Source: Nitrososphaeraceae archaeon | Lineage (GTDB): Archaea > Thermoproteota > Nitrososphaeria > Nitrososphaerales > Nitrososphaeraceae | Assembly: GCA_035297365.1 (NCBI GenBank) | Contig: DATGZA010000097.1 | Coordinates: 8,509-72,508 of the forward strand | DNA: 64,000 nucleotides | Reading direction: 5' to 3' | Shown: positions 9,654 to 21,053 of the stretch, in pieces | Position numbering within the stretch: the stretch's first letter is position 1 | Layout: each line of letters starts with the position of its first letter | Notes under the pieces: generated by a model | What the model saw: only the letters and a program-made list of their open reading frames with translations | What the model was told of the DNA's origin: nothing | Databases searched by the model: none | Made by a program: the position numbers and the translations under genes

Positions 9654-11120
9654 TTGCCGTATAAGATTTTTGAGGGTAATATAGAACCACTAACTTTTAC
9701 GACCGAAGATGTAATGGACAGGATAAGAAATGACAATATAAAGTTCATTGATTTGCAATTTACTAGTCTCTTTGGAAGGTTTCATCATATTACAATCCCT
9801 TCTAATATGTTCAAAAAAGGAGATTTTGAAAGCGGGTTGCCAAAGATTGATGGATCTTCTATTCGTGGATTTACAGAAATACATGAATCTGATCTAATAG
9901 TTCGTCCTGATCCTTCTACATATGCTACGATCCCTTGGATTTCAGAATATCCCACTGCTAGATTAATTTGTGATATATTAAGTGGTGGTTCAAAACGGAA
10001 CCAATTTCCAAGAGATCCACGAGGTATCGCAAAGAAAGCCGAACAGCAGGTACATGATAACGGATACGAGTTATCGTACTGGGGCCCAGAAATTGAATTT
10101 TTTGTATTTGATAAACTAATGGTAGATACATTAACACCATATCGTAGCCAGAGCTACGAAATAATTTCTAGGGAAGCACCATGGTCGTCAGATGGTTTCG
10201 GATATACGATAAATCTTAAAGAAGGATATCTTCCCAGCGCTCCATTAGATACTCTTATGGATTATCGTAACGAATGTGTGGATATTCTCAGTAATAATTT
10301 TGGTATAGCTTGTGATGCCCATCATCACGAAGTGGCAACAGCCGGACAATGTGAAATAGATATAAGATACGATACACTGGTAAATGCAGCAGATTCTGTA
10401 CAGAGTTACAAGTATATAGTAAAAAATATAGCAAAAAAACATAATATGATAGCTACTATGATGCCCAAACCTATAGCATTAGATAATGGTTCAGGGTTAC
10501 ATGTTAATACAAGTCTTTGGAATGATGATACTAATTTATTTTTTGATCCGAATGATGAATACGCGGAAATTTCTGATGTCGCAAGATATTTCTGTGGAGG
10601 TATTTTGGAACACTCGTTTGCATTAGCTGCAATAGTAGCACCAACCACCAACTCTTATCGACGACTAGTTCCAGGATACGAGGCACCTGTCTACGTGGCA
10701 TGGAGTACAGGAAATCGTTCCGCTATTATCAGAATACCTGGTCATTTTCGAGGAGAACAATTCTCATTCCTAAAAAGAATCGAATTTAGAGCTCCAGATC
10801 CGTCTTGTAATCCTTATCTAGCATTTTCAGCAATTGTTTCTGCTGGAATAGATGGAATAAGAAAGAAGATATCCATTGGGGATCCGATTGATGAAGATAT
10901 TTTCAAAATGAGTTCTAAAAGAAGAACGGAATTAAAGATTAAGCAATTGCCATCCAGTTTGCTTGAGGCTGCAGAGGCTCTTGAAAGTGATCGAGAATTT
11001 TTGAAGCCAATTTTCGATGATGAAATTATAGATAAAATGATTGAACATGGTTTAAAAGAATACAGAGAAGTTACTCTGAGACCGCACCCACATGAATTTT
11101 CACTTTATGCTGACGTATAA
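9654..11120 (+). CDS. glnA: Glutamine synthetase type I
   Basis: DGSSI, HHHEVATAGQCE, MPKP...NGSGLH, RLVPGYEAP, NRSA and RIEFRAPDPSCNPY motifs; TTG start. Confidence 0.97.
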   Translation: MPYKIFEGNIEPLTFTTEDVMDRIRNDNIKFIDLQFTSLFGRFHHITIPSNMFKKGDFESGLPKIDGSSIRGFTEIHESDLIVRPDPSTYATIPWISEYPTARLICDILSGGSKRNQFPRDPRGIAKKAEQQVHDNGYELSYWGPEIEFFVFDKLMVDTLTPYRSQSYEIISREAPWSSDGFGYTINLKEGYLPSAPLDTLMDYRNECVDILSNNFGIACDAHHHEVATAGQCEIDIRYDTLVNAADSVQSYKYIVKNIAKKHNMIATMMPKPIALDNGSGLHVNTSLWNDDTNLFFDPNDEYAEISDVARYFCGGILEHSFALAAIVAPTTNSYRRLVPGYEAPVYVAWSTGNRSAIIRIPGHFRGEQFSFLKRIEFRAPDPSCNPYLAFSAIVSAGIDGIRKKISIGDPIDEDIFKMSSKRRTELKIKQLPSSLLEAAEALESDREFLKPIFDDEIIDKMIEHGLKEYREVTLRPHPHEFSLYADV

Positions 11121-11159
11121 TTTTTACAATAAGTATCATCAAATGAGTTTGAACAATTC

Positions 11160-11447
11160 TCATCTTAATTTGTCGATAATTTCAGCTAACTTGAAATCCT
11201 GATCACTAATTCCATTGATGTCATGTGTAAAAAGCAATATTCTTACTTTGTTATAGACATTATATAATTCTGGATGGTGGTTTATTTTTTCTGCTTCGAT
11301 TGCTATCTTTGATATAAATCCAAAAGCCTGAGTAAAATTCTGAAATTCAAACATTTTGTTTAGTTTGCCGCCTTTTATACTCCAACCATCCATCTCGTCT
11401 AACCTATGGTTTATCTCCTCTGTGGAAAGTATTGGGTGTTTATTCAA
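11160..11447 (-). CDS. Pterin-4-alpha-carbinolamine dehydratase
   Basis: AEKINHHPEL...YNKV...THDINGISDQD. Confidence 0.92.
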   Translation of the reverse strand: MNKHPILSTEEINHRLDEMDGWSIKGGKLNKMFEFQNFTQAFGFISKIAIEAEKINHHPELYNVYNKVRILLFTHDINGISDQDFKLAEIIDKLR

Positions 11448-11608
11448 TTATTAATAATTTTTCTTCTTCCCATATATTGTTATATCTATTATTTCTAAGT
11501 GGAAACTAAATACCTAGAAATTTGTATTAGCTTTTTTTTATTAATTTCTCATTATTATTCACAAATGATAACGAAATATAAATAAAGCTGATAAATACTC
11601 TTCCGTGT

Positions 11609-12916
11609 ATGAGCTCAAGCAAAAAACCACACATGAATCTAGTGGTTACAGGACATGTAGATAATGGTAAATCTACTATAGTTGGTCATTTAATGGTTGA
11701 TCTAGGGGTTATTGATCAAAGAACTATAGACCAATTTGCAAAAGAATCAGAAGCTACTGGTAAAGGGGATACTTTCAAGTATGCCTGGGTTTTAGATAGT
11801 ATTAAGGATGAACGAGATCGGGGCATTACTATTGATTTGGCATTTCAAAAATTTGAAACTCAAAAATACTTCTTTACTTTGATTGATGCTCCCGGACATA
11901 GGGATTTTATAAAAAATATGATAACCGGTGCTTCCGAAGCAGATGTAGCCATACTCGTAGTTTCCACAAAACCAGGAGAGACTGAAGCTGCTACCGAGCC
12001 GGGAGGACAGGCTAGAGAACACGCATTTTTATGTAGGACATTAGGTGTAGGACAGGTAGTTGTGGCATTGAATAAAATGGATGACTCTAATTATTCAGAA
12101 GCTCGCTATAATGAAGTTAAAGGGGTAGTAGAAAAAATGTTAAAAATGGTAGGATATAATACAGCCAAAGTAAATTTTGTCCCAGTTTCAGGCTGGAAAG
12201 GTGATAACTTGGTTAAAAAATCTGATAATATGACTTGGTACAAAGGGCCATCTCTTCTTGAAGCTTTAGACTCCTTTGATCCACCAGAAAAACCAATTGG
12301 TAAATCATTGAGAATTCCTATACAAGACGTATATACTATAACAGGTGTTGGAACAGTACCAGTTGGCAGAGTTGAAACAGGAGTAGTAAGAGCTAATGAT
12401 AAAGTTATAGTAATGCCAGCAGGAGTTACAGGTGAGATAAAGTCTATAGAAACCCACCACACACAAATGGAATCTGCAGAAGCTGGTGACAATATAGGTT
12501 TTAACTTAAGAGGAATTGACAAGAAATCGATTCACCGGGGAGATGTAATAGGAAGCGCTGATAGTCCTCCAAACGTTGCTAAAGAATTTGAAGCACAAAT
12601 AATAGTAATTCATCATCCTACAGCTATGGCTCCTGGATATACTCCAGTTTTACATGCCCATACTGCACAGGTTGCTGCTACTCTTTCCGAGTTTGTTGCA
12701 AAAATTGATCCAAAGACAGGTGGCGTATTAGAAGACAAACCTAAATTTTTAAAGACCGGAGATGCAGCAATTGTCAAAATTAGACCAGTAAGACCTCTCG
12801 CAATCGAAACATTTAAGGAATTTCCAGAAATCGGTAGATTTGCACTTAGAGACATGGGTACTACAATAGCAGCTGGTGTAGTGAAAACTATCACTGAAAA
12901 ACAAGATAAAAAATAA
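11609..12916 (+). CDS. tuf: Translation elongation factor EF-1 alpha
   Basis: GHVDNGKST, RGITID, DAPGHRDF, NKMD, GRFALRDMG. Confidence 0.98.
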   Translation: MSSSKKPHMNLVVTGHVDNGKSTIVGHLMVDLGVIDQRTIDQFAKESEATGKGDTFKYAWVLDSIKDERDRGITIDLAFQKFETQKYFFTLIDAPGHRDFIKNMITGASEADVAILVVSTKPGETEAATEPGGQAREHAFLCRTLGVGQVVVALNKMDDSNYSEARYNEVKGVVEKMLKMVGYNTAKVNFVPVSGWKGDNLVKKSDNMTWYKGPSLLEALDSFDPPEKPIGKSLRIPIQDVYTITGVGTVPVGRVETGVVRANDKVIVMPAGVTGEIKSIETHHTQMESAEAGDNIGFNLRGIDKKSIHRGDVIGSADSPPNVAKEFEAQIIVIHHPTAMAPGYTPVLHAHTAQVAATLSEFVAKIDPKTGGVLEDKPKFLKTGDAAIVKIRPVRPLAIETFKEFPEIGRFALRDMGTTIAAGVVKTITEKQDKK

Positions 12917-12929
12917 GTGAAACTATAGA

Positions 12930-13238
12930 ATGCCTCAGGAAGCACGAATTAAACTGACAAGTACTAATCTTTCGACATTGGACGGTGTCTGCTCGGAAAT
13001 CAAAGGTATAGGAGAGAAAAGTGGGATTAATTTGAAAGGTCCATATCCTCTTCCAACAAAAAAAATGAAGGTTGTTACTAGGAAATCTCCATGTGGACAA
13101 GGCACTAACACTTGGGACAAATATGAATTGAGAATTCATCGCAGAGTAATAGACATGGGAGCAGATGATAAGGCAATTAGACAATTAATGCGCTTGCGAA
13201 TTCCTGATGATGTATATATCGAAGTTTCTCTGACATAA
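12930..13238 (+). CDS. rps10: 30S ribosomal protein S10
   Basis: GPYPLPTK...RKSPCGQGTNTWDKYELRIHRRVID. Confidence 0.97.
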   Translation: MPQEARIKLTSTNLSTLDGVCSEIKGIGEKSGINLKGPYPLPTKKMKVVTRKSPCGQGTNTWDKYELRIHRRVIDMGADDKAIRQLMRLRIPDDVYIEVSLT

Positions 13239-13397
13239 TTTTATTACTTTAATTTCGATAATATTGTACATAGAAGAATTCTAACAAACTCTAAATCATT
13301 TACTATTTCATTTTGTTATTTTTGACTATAATGATGATTTTGTTATTTATGTTTTAGAGAAAAAATATATTTTCCAAAACAAATTAATGATACTCAA

Positions 13398-13970
13398 ATG
13401 AAAGTTAACGTTTTTTTATTGTACACAATAATTGTTGCAATTCTTCTCTTTGTATGCATTGAAATGAGTTATATGGGATCTTACTCAGAAACCCAAAAAT
13501 TCAAACTCTATAAAAATCAACATCTTGATTTTAGTATTTTATATCCAATTGATTGGAAGATTGTAGAATTTTCTGATGATATTACAGATGAAGGTCTCCA
13601 AATAATCTCCAGTTTTATTTCTCCTTTGGACAATTCTAATGATGGATTCCAAGAATTTTTTACTATAAAGACAAAGTCAATAAATGATACTGATAATAAA
13701 GATCTTGTTCTCTGGGATTATTTTAATGATTATTTCTATAAAATTCAAGAGTCTAAATCGGTAGGAAGTAGCGAAGTGAATCTTTACACAAATTCATCGA
13801 TAAAAACTCTTGATTATACTTTCACTCCACAACCGGGATTAATTTTGAACAAGAAAGAGGCTATATTTTTAAAGAATGACAGGATTTTTCATATTGAATT
13901 TACTTTAACAGATGATACCGCAAATTCATTTACTCCAATGATTAAAGAAATTCTTTATTCGTTTAAGTGA
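13398..13970 (+). CDS. Membrane-anchored PsbP/DcrB-like domain protein
   Basis: N-terminal TM helix; Y.N....FSILYPIDW motif; C-terminal MIKEILYSF. Confidence 0.65.
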   Translation: MKVNVFLLYTIIVAILLFVCIEMSYMGSYSETQKFKLYKNQHLDFSILYPIDWKIVEFSDDITDEGLQIISSFISPLDNSNDGFQEFFTIKTKSINDTDNKDLVLWDYFNDYFYKIQESKSVGSSEVNLYTNSSIKTLDYTFTPQPGLILNKKEAIFLKNDRIFHIEFTLTDDTANSFTPMIKEILYSFK

Positions 13971-14164
13971 CTTTTAAATCTAAAAATAATTGTATTAATC
14001 ATATTTTTCTTAAAATCTTTCATCATTTTTTAAAGAATAAAATTGCATCTAATAGTATATTCACATAACTATACAACTAAATGACTCTGCCACAAATTAT
14101 TATCGAATTTCAGTATCGTCAAAAAATAAAATGGTTATTTCTCTAATCAGTCTTGACACAACTT

Positions 14165-14785
14165 TTAAGATACTTCGTTAAATCTCTGAGCGACGTCATC
14201 CCAATTTATTACGTTCCACCAGTTAGATACATATTCTGGTCTTCTGTTCTGATACTTCAGGTAATATGCATGTTCCCAAACATCGCATCCTAAGAGAGGC
14301 ATCAAGCTCTCTGTTCTTGGGCTTGTTTGATTCGGCATTGATTTGTACTCTACTTTTTTATTTACTGGATTATATACAAGCCAGCCCCACCCGCTACCTT
14401 GAATCAATACCGTAGTCGACGAAAATTTTTCTTTAAACTCAGAAAAACTTCCAAATGAAGAATTTATCGCATCAGCTAATGAACCTCCTGGTTCACCTCC
14501 ACCATTTGGTTTCATGTTATTCCAAAATATTCGGTGGTTGTCATATCCTCCTCCATTAAAGTTTATAGCGCTCTTCTGATTATCCGGGACTAAATCAAGA
14601 TTTGATAGTATTTCAACAATATCCTTTTCTTGAATTTCAGTAGAACAGCTTTCCAATGCTGCATTGAACTTATCTGTGTATGTCTGATGATGTTTTGTAT
14701 AATGTATTTCCATAGTACGCGCATCAATATGCGGTTCTAGTGAATCATAATTATATGGTAATGGTGGTAATTCATATTTTTTCAT
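14165..14785 (-). CDS. sod: Mn/Fe superoxide dismutase
   Basis: LPPLPY...HYTKHHQTY, GSGWGWL, DVWEHAYY. Confidence 0.97.
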   Translation of the reverse strand: MKKYELPPLPYNYDSLEPHIDARTMEIHYTKHHQTYTDKFNAALESCSTEIQEKDIVEILSNLDLVPDNQKSAINFNGGGYDNHRIFWNNMKPNGGGEPGGSLADAINSSFGSFSEFKEKFSSTTVLIQGSGWGWLVYNPVNKKVEYKSMPNQTSPRTESLMPLLGCDVWEHAYYLKYQNRRPEYVSNWWNVINWDDVAQRFNEVS

Positions 14786-14927
14786 ATCAACTATTTCTCG
14801 CTATACATTATTATTCTTTGTGATACACCCCGAAACTTTTACCATAAATTTGTTTTAAATGTCTGTCGCATTTAGAGTGGGGAAAGATATTTATTGAAAA
14901 TTGTAATTTAATCTAACCTGCTTACTC

Positions 14928-15356
14928 ATGGTAATCAATAAAGAACTGCTAGAAAAGAGAAAAAAAGTATCAGAACATAGGCCAAAATTCATTAGACAAG
15001 AAAGTTGGAGGTATGATAGACTTGCGAAGAATTGGAGAAAACCAAAGGGTAAGGATAACAAGATGAGGAGACAAGTTTCAGGTGTACCACCTTTAGTAAA
15101 GGTTGGTTATAGAGGACCTAAAATTTCTCGGGGACTTCATCCTTCTGGGTATTTGGATAAATTAGTATATAATATTCATGATCTTGAAAAATTAAATCCA
15201 AAAAATGACGCCGCTCGGATTTCTCGTACAGTGGGAAAACTGAAAAGAAAAGAAATCATATCGAGATCATTAGAATTGGATATCAAGATTTTAAATCCAG
15301 GAAAGCCTCATACTCGAATAAAAAAATCACCTGAACCAAAGAAGAAGGAGAGCTAA
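14928..15356 (+). CDS. rpl32e: 50S ribosomal protein L32e
   Basis: PKFIRQESW...WRKPKGKDNKMR...GLHPSG. Confidence 0.96.
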   Translation: MVINKELLEKRKKVSEHRPKFIRQESWRYDRLAKNWRKPKGKDNKMRRQVSGVPPLVKVGYRGPKISRGLHPSGYLDKLVYNIHDLEKLNPKNDAARISRTVGKLKRKEIISRSLELDIKILNPGKPHTRIKKSPEPKKKES

Positions 15357-15359
15357 AAA

Positions 15360-15809
15360 ATGGTTGTAAATCTCAAAAAGAAAAGAGAATTGGTGGCTAG
15401 AATGCTTAATGTAGGTGCAAATCGTGTTCGATTTGAACCTGACAAGTTAGATGATATTGCCGATTCTATCACTAGAGAAGATATACGATCTTTAATTAAG
15501 AACGGTGTGATTTGGACAGCAAAAACAAAGGGTACATCAAGGGCAGGAGCCAAAGCGAAATTACAAGTGAAGAAAAAACGTGGTATCGGAACTGGATCTA
15601 AAAAAGGAAAGAAGGGTGCTAGAATTGGTAAGAAAGAAAGTTACGTGAAGAAAATACGAACTATGAGATATCATTTGAAAATACTCAAAAGTAGGAGCGA
15701 TATTAATCGTGACATATTCTGGTCATTATACAAAAAAGTAAATGGTGGTCAGATAAGGTCCTTATCTCACCTACGAGAAAATATAAGAGAAATTAAATCA
15801 CAACAATAA
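15360..15809 (+). CDS. rpl19e: 50S ribosomal protein L19e
   Basis: ITREDIRSLI...GSKKGKKGAR...LYKKVNGG. Confidence 0.96.
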   Translation: MVVNLKKKRELVARMLNVGANRVRFEPDKLDDIADSITREDIRSLIKNGVIWTAKTKGTSRAGAKAKLQVKKKRGIGTGSKKGKKGARIGKKESYVKKIRTMRYHLKILKSRSDINRDIFWSLYKKVNGGQIRSLSHLRENIREIKSQQ

Positions 15810-15860
15810 ACGATAACATAGATTTTCCATTCTTTTAGCGTTTTCATTAATGTGTATGAA

Positions 15861-16058
15861 TCAATTAAAATCATTTATTATAGAGCTAGTTATGTTGATC
15901 AATCTATCTCTTAGATTTATGACACCAGATCGTTTTTCTCCGTCTAGATTTGTTTGAAGTAAAGTTTCCAATCCTTCAACTAAGTATTTGATGTTGGGCA
16001 AGGTAAGAATTTCAGAATTTTCAGAATCTTCAGATCCACTTTCTACCCGCTTATTCAT
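15861..16058 (-). CDS. Small hypothetical protein
   Basis: 65-aa helical-looking ORF filling the intergenic gap. Confidence 0.5.
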   Translation of the reverse strand: MNKRVESGSEDSENSEILTLPNIKYLVEGLETLLQTNLDGEKRSGVINLRDRLINITSSIINDFN

Positions 16059-16183
16059 ATTTAAAATTATTTCTTGTTAATGTTAAACGTTATGGTACCA
16101 TTTTATTTTTGTTAATAGTAATATATTACACAAATAAAAGATTAGATGTCAAACAATATTATTATCCAAAAAAATTTGTTATT

Positions 16184-16996
16184 ATGATGTCTATTACTTT
16201 AGTAGTTTCCGAATCTGATCCTGCCAGTAAATCAATGAGTATATATTTAGAAAAGGAAAAAAAATTCGTTCCAACACAACAAAATGATATACTTTTTTCA
16301 AATTTGTACAAGAACATTTTATTGTATAAATCAAAGAATTCATTGCTTTTTACTAATAATCTTGACAACAAATTTCCGAATTCTGATGCCTTTATTTTTC
16401 TCTCTAAACATCAATCAAATAGTAAATTTCCATCATTGACATGTCATTTTACAGGTAACTTTGAAAATAATCGATATGGTGGTAATTCGTATGAATTGGG
16501 GATTTCATATCCATCTTTACAAAAAATCTATTTACAACATCTTGATGAAATTAAAGAAAAATTACACCCATTTGCAATCACAATCGAGGCAACACATCAC
16601 GGTCCTACTTCGATAAAAAAACCAATGATGTTTGTAGAGATCGGTTCTACAGAAAAAGAATGGGGTAACATAACTATTGCATCTTTAGTTTGTGATTGTA
16701 TATTATCCGTTATTTCAAATCCAATAAATCATCAAAAAAAAATAGGAATTGGTATTGGAGGAACTCACTATGGATCAAAATTTAATAATATAATAATAAA
16801 TTCTGATATAGCAATGGGTCATGTTTCCTCAAAATATAACCTACGCAATGTTAATGAATACTTGCTAAATCAGATGATTACAAAATGTCATGAAAAAATA
16901 ACTCATATAATATTAGATAATAAAGGATTAGGAAATGAAAAACAAAGAATTTTTGATTTAATCAAAGATACTGGTCTAGATATTCTAAAAATATAG
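16184..16996 (+). CDS. dtdA: D-aminoacyl-tRNA deacylase (DTD2/GEK1 type)
   Basis: FLSKH, LTCHFTGN, EATHHGPT, FVEIGS, GGTHY; start moved from TTG 16109 to ATG 16184. Confidence 0.88.
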   Translation: MMSITLVVSESDPASKSMSIYLEKEKKFVPTQQNDILFSNLYKNILLYKSKNSLLFTNNLDNKFPNSDAFIFLSKHQSNSKFPSLTCHFTGNFENNRYGGNSYELGISYPSLQKIYLQHLDEIKEKLHPFAITIEATHHGPTSIKKPMMFVEIGSTEKEWGNITIASLVCDCILSVISNPINHQKKIGIGIGGTHYGSKFNNIIINSDIAMGHVSSKYNLRNVNEYLLNQMITKCHEKITHIILDNKGLGNEKQRIFDLIKDTGLDILKI

Positions 16997-17053
16997 TTTA
17001 AAAACTTGTGAATTAATAAATAGCTTTTTTTATTACTGTATTGGTGTTCAGAG

Positions 17054-17464
17054 ATATCTTCAGCACATGATGTAGTCACCGTTTTTTTATATCATGAAAA
17101 AAAGATCCTGTTATTAAAGAGAAGTAACAACGTAAAAACTATGAAGAATAAATGGGCAGGAATAAGTGGGTTCATAGAAAACGAGGACCCCCTATCTTGC
17201 GCATATCGAGAAATTTTCGAGGAAACAGGTATAGAAAAAAAATTCCTCACACCATTACAACAAGGAGAAACATTGTCTCTATTTTTATCTGATAATCATA
17301 TAAAACTAACTATCCATCCTTTTCTTTTTTTATCCATGACAAACATCATAAAACTTAATTGGGAAAATTCAAAATACATGTGGATACGGCCACAGGATAT
17401 AGATTTTTTTGATTCTGTTCCAAAACTTAAGAATGTGTTGTCTAGTGTTTATCATAATTTATGA
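17054..17464 (+). CDS. NUDIX hydrolase (start upstream of the called ATG, probably non-canonical)
   Basis: Nudix box GFIENEDPLSCAYREIFEETGI and LNWEN; the frame upstream of ATG 17141 encodes VVTVFLYHEKKILLLKRS. Confidence 0.8.
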   Translation: MSSAHDVVTVFLYHEKKILLLKRSNNVKTMKNKWAGISGFIENEDPLSCAYREIFEETGIEKKFLTPLQQGETLSLFLSDNHIKLTIHPFLFLSMTNIIKLNWENSKYMWIRPQDIDFFDSVPKLKNVLSSVYHNL

Positions 17465-18192
17465 ATTCTAGTTGTATATAACTCTATTCAACATATATAC
17501 ACAGGAGAAACAACTTGATTTATTATATAATTCACTTTGCTTAAAAAAACAGAAATTACAGTTTAAATTGTTCAGTTCAAAAGACATCCTGCATTTCAAG
17601 AATTTGTTTATGGATAATATTATCCATTTTTATGATTTTGTATTTGATATTTTTTGGTATTATTTTTATTATCCATCAAACATTTTACAAAATATTATCT
17701 TTGGAGTTGTAGAATTGTATACTAGATTAACAAAAAAATTTTACTCTCAAAACCATTCTTTAGAATATTAATGTAATCTTAGTCGATTGCGTATTTGATA
17801 TTTAATGATCAAATTAAAGTCTGAGAATTCTAAAAAATAACACATAAAAATTCTCCGTTATTTTTATATGTTTTCGACATTCTTAAATCTATTGGCTAAA
17901 TTTACAGACAAATCTTTCCACAATAATAATATCTCGATTTTGTTTTGATGTTGAAAAAGAAAAAATGTGAGGTATATATCAGAATTGGAAATAATTGTAG
18001 GAGCAAAGACTGAATAAGAAGTTTCCTCTAACAGTAATGCTTTTGGATATATTTTATATAAATACTGAATACTAGACAATATATTATGTGGCTATAAATT
18101 GTTTAACCAATATTTTTTCTTAATATTAATCTTTCATTCACTTAATTGATAACTATTAATATAAGTTTAAAACTTGAAAATATGTTTAATTT

Positions 18193-19992
18193 ATGGTATT
18201 ACCAGAAGAACATGGTCTAGGTAGGTGGAGGTTAAACGACCTTATTGATAATAAAAAAAATACATCACAAATTTATTTAAAACAGATAAGTAATGATGTT
18301 AAGAAATTTGAAAAATCCAAGAAATTTTTAAATAATTCAATTACAATACAAAAATTTTCAGAAATCATAAATCAAGTAGAAAATATTTCAGAAAAACTTA
18401 ATAGAGTAATAGGGCACGCACATTTACAATATTGTACTGATACTAACTCAAATAAATATTCTGCTTTAGTTACCGAAATGGAATTATTGGGAACAGATAT
18501 CTCTAATAAATTGCTCATTTTTGATATCTGGTTTAAAAATATATTGAATGAAAATGTGGCTAAAAAATTGATCCAAAATATTGATCCTGTGTATAGAGAA
18601 TTTCTTAAACATAAAAGACTAATGGGCAAATATACTTTATCTGAAAAAGAAGAAAAACTCATAAATATTTTTGACGTTACGGGACCGGGAGCTCTTGTAA
18701 AAATCTATGATAGAATGACAAATGATTTTGAATTTCTAACTGTAATTAAGAAAAATGATAGAATTCAAAGAAAAAAATATGATAATAAAGAAAAACTAAT
18801 GTCTCTTGTTAGAAGTGAAAAATCTGAAGAAAGAGAAGCAGCATATAAGGCATTATTTGCAGTATACAAAAAATATAGTGGAATTCTCGGGGAAATTTAT
18901 ACCAATTTGATAATTCAATGGCATGATGAAAACATCAAAATGAGGGGATTTGATTCAGCAATCTCGGTAAGGAATATGTATAACGATATTGGTGACGAGA
19001 TCATAAATACTTTACTAAATACATGTAAAGAAAATATTCTCATATTTCACAAATATTTCAAATTAAAAGCAAAAATGTTGGGAATGAAAAAATTAACCAG
19101 GTATCATCTTTATGCTCCGCTTGTTATAAATACAAAGGTCAAAAAATATACATATGAACAGGCTGTTAATCTAGTTCTAAATGTATTCGAATCATTCGAT
19201 CCTAGATTTCGTGAGTATGCTACACTGCTATTTACTAATAACCATGTAGATTCAGAAATAAGAAAAGGAAAAATAGGAGGTGCATTTTGTTCTACTATCA
19301 CGCCAAAAATAACTCCTTATGTATTGTTGAATTTTGATGGTCGTTCACGTGACGTTTCAACAATGGCTCATGAATTCGGTCATGCTATACACAGTATTTG
19401 CTCTAAAAATTTGCCCATAACTGTATCTCATGCCCCTTTACCATTAGCTGAAACTGCTTCTGTATTTGCTGAAATGCTTTTGAATGAAAAATTAGTAGCG
19501 GAGGCGGAATATTCCGAAAAAAGCATCTTGTTAGCTGAACAAATAGATGACATGTATGCCACCATTATGCGTCAATCATTTTTTACAATTTTTGAAATAG
19601 AAGCGCATAACAGTGTAACCAAAAATAATTCAACTATAGACGAGCTTTCAAATATATATCACCAAAATCTGACTAAACAATTTGGAACTTCTATGGACAT
19701 TTCTGAAGAATTTCAGTGGGAATGGCTTTATATTCCTCACTTTTATCATACTCCGTTCTATTGTTACGCCTATTCATTTGGTAACTTATTAGTACTTTCA
19801 TTATTTAATCTATATAAAAAGGAAGGAAGAACTTTTATTCCAAAATATCTGAAAATACTTTCAGCTGGTGGGTCAAAGAAGCCGGAACATTTACTAAATG
19901 AAATTGGAATTAATATTTCAAGTAGAAGCTTTTGGCAACAAGGTTTTGACCTAGTAGCAGAAAAAATAACTCAATTAGAAAAACTCTTGTGA
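18193..19992 (+). CDS. pepF: M3B-family oligoendopeptidase F
   Basis: GKIGGAFC, TMAHEFGHAIH (HExxH), AETASVF, YIPHFY...FYCYAYSFG. Confidence 0.93.
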   Translation: MVLPEEHGLGRWRLNDLIDNKKNTSQIYLKQISNDVKKFEKSKKFLNNSITIQKFSEIINQVENISEKLNRVIGHAHLQYCTDTNSNKYSALVTEMELLGTDISNKLLIFDIWFKNILNENVAKKLIQNIDPVYREFLKHKRLMGKYTLSEKEEKLINIFDVTGPGALVKIYDRMTNDFEFLTVIKKNDRIQRKKYDNKEKLMSLVRSEKSEEREAAYKALFAVYKKYSGILGEIYTNLIIQWHDENIKMRGFDSAISVRNMYNDIGDEIINTLLNTCKENILIFHKYFKLKAKMLGMKKLTRYHLYAPLVINTKVKKYTYEQAVNLVLNVFESFDPRFREYATLLFTNNHVDSEIRKGKIGGAFCSTITPKITPYVLLNFDGRSRDVSTMAHEFGHAIHSICSKNLPITVSHAPLPLAETASVFAEMLLNEKLVAEAEYSEKSILLAEQIDDMYATIMRQSFFTIFEIEAHNSVTKNNSTIDELSNIYHQNLTKQFGTSMDISEEFQWEWLYIPHFYHTPFYCYAYSFGNLLVLSLFNLYKKEGRTFIPKYLKILSAGGSKKPEHLLNEIGINISSRSFWQQGFDLVAEKITQLEKLL

Positions 19993-21053
19993 ATTTATTG
20001 TCCAAAGAAAATTTGTTAAAAAACATGATTTAGTGATATATTATAATTTATATATTACGTGGATCATACATATATAAATAAGTTCTCTGTCAATATGGTG
20101 TACTTAAATATGTTTATAATAACATGATACTTGTTCCAATATTATGGGAATTAAAGGAAATAATCTTGCAAATATAATAAAATCATATATAAAACAACTG
20201 CATTAAGTATTTGTTGCGTTTTTTTTATCCTTTCCATCATCTTTAACAAAGCTATTTAAGTAATATTATTTGATAGAATGTAAAATACAGTGTACATGAA
20301 CAAAAAATATATTTTATTAGATTAAGAACTTATTGATATATCTGACTTATATTTTCGTTTTTCAGAGGTCAAATGATAAATATTTTGCATCTATTCAATT
20401 TGAAAATATAGTAAATAGAGTGATGTTTGAGGTATTTGTTCATGACTTATTGAATGAAAAACTGTTTGTTATATATGTAACTTAGATATGCTATGAAAAT
20501 CCAAATCAATTGTTCAAATTATCAATGTTACAAGTGTGTTGAAAAAATAAAATCGTTTTTCAATCTCAATTGATTTTAAGGATAAAGATAATATTACAAT
20601 AAAATTTCCAATGATATAACTACCGTAACTAAAAATTTTTGGACTAAACTGGTCGATGCCATTAAAAAGATTTTAAACCTTTTGTAAAATTGTACTACAT
20701 AACTATCTATTTCAAAATTACTGTGGTGAAAATTAAAGTCTAAACAATATTAAATATTACTTAGGTGATTTTTTACATATATGATGTAAAAAATCCATAA
20801 AATAAAAAAGGAATAAATGATTTAAATATTATCAAAGAATTTTTTTATAAATCAAAATTTGTTATTACATGACTGGGTTTCTTTTTCCACCACGAGAATA
20901 AATCTTTATTTCTTTGTTTGTCACTTTTGTCATTGATTTTATAATCATCGATCGTCTAACATCCGTTAAAAAAGACAACTAAGAAAGCACAAATCCATGT
21001 AATGACTACAAACAAGATTTGTCAGAAAATTGATACCTTTATTCAATATCCTT

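Noticed and set aside
17472-18079. ORFs 17472-17771 (+) and 17864-18079 (-)
   Set aside because: F/Y/I/K/N-biased translations typical of AT-rich non-coding DNA, with no motifs
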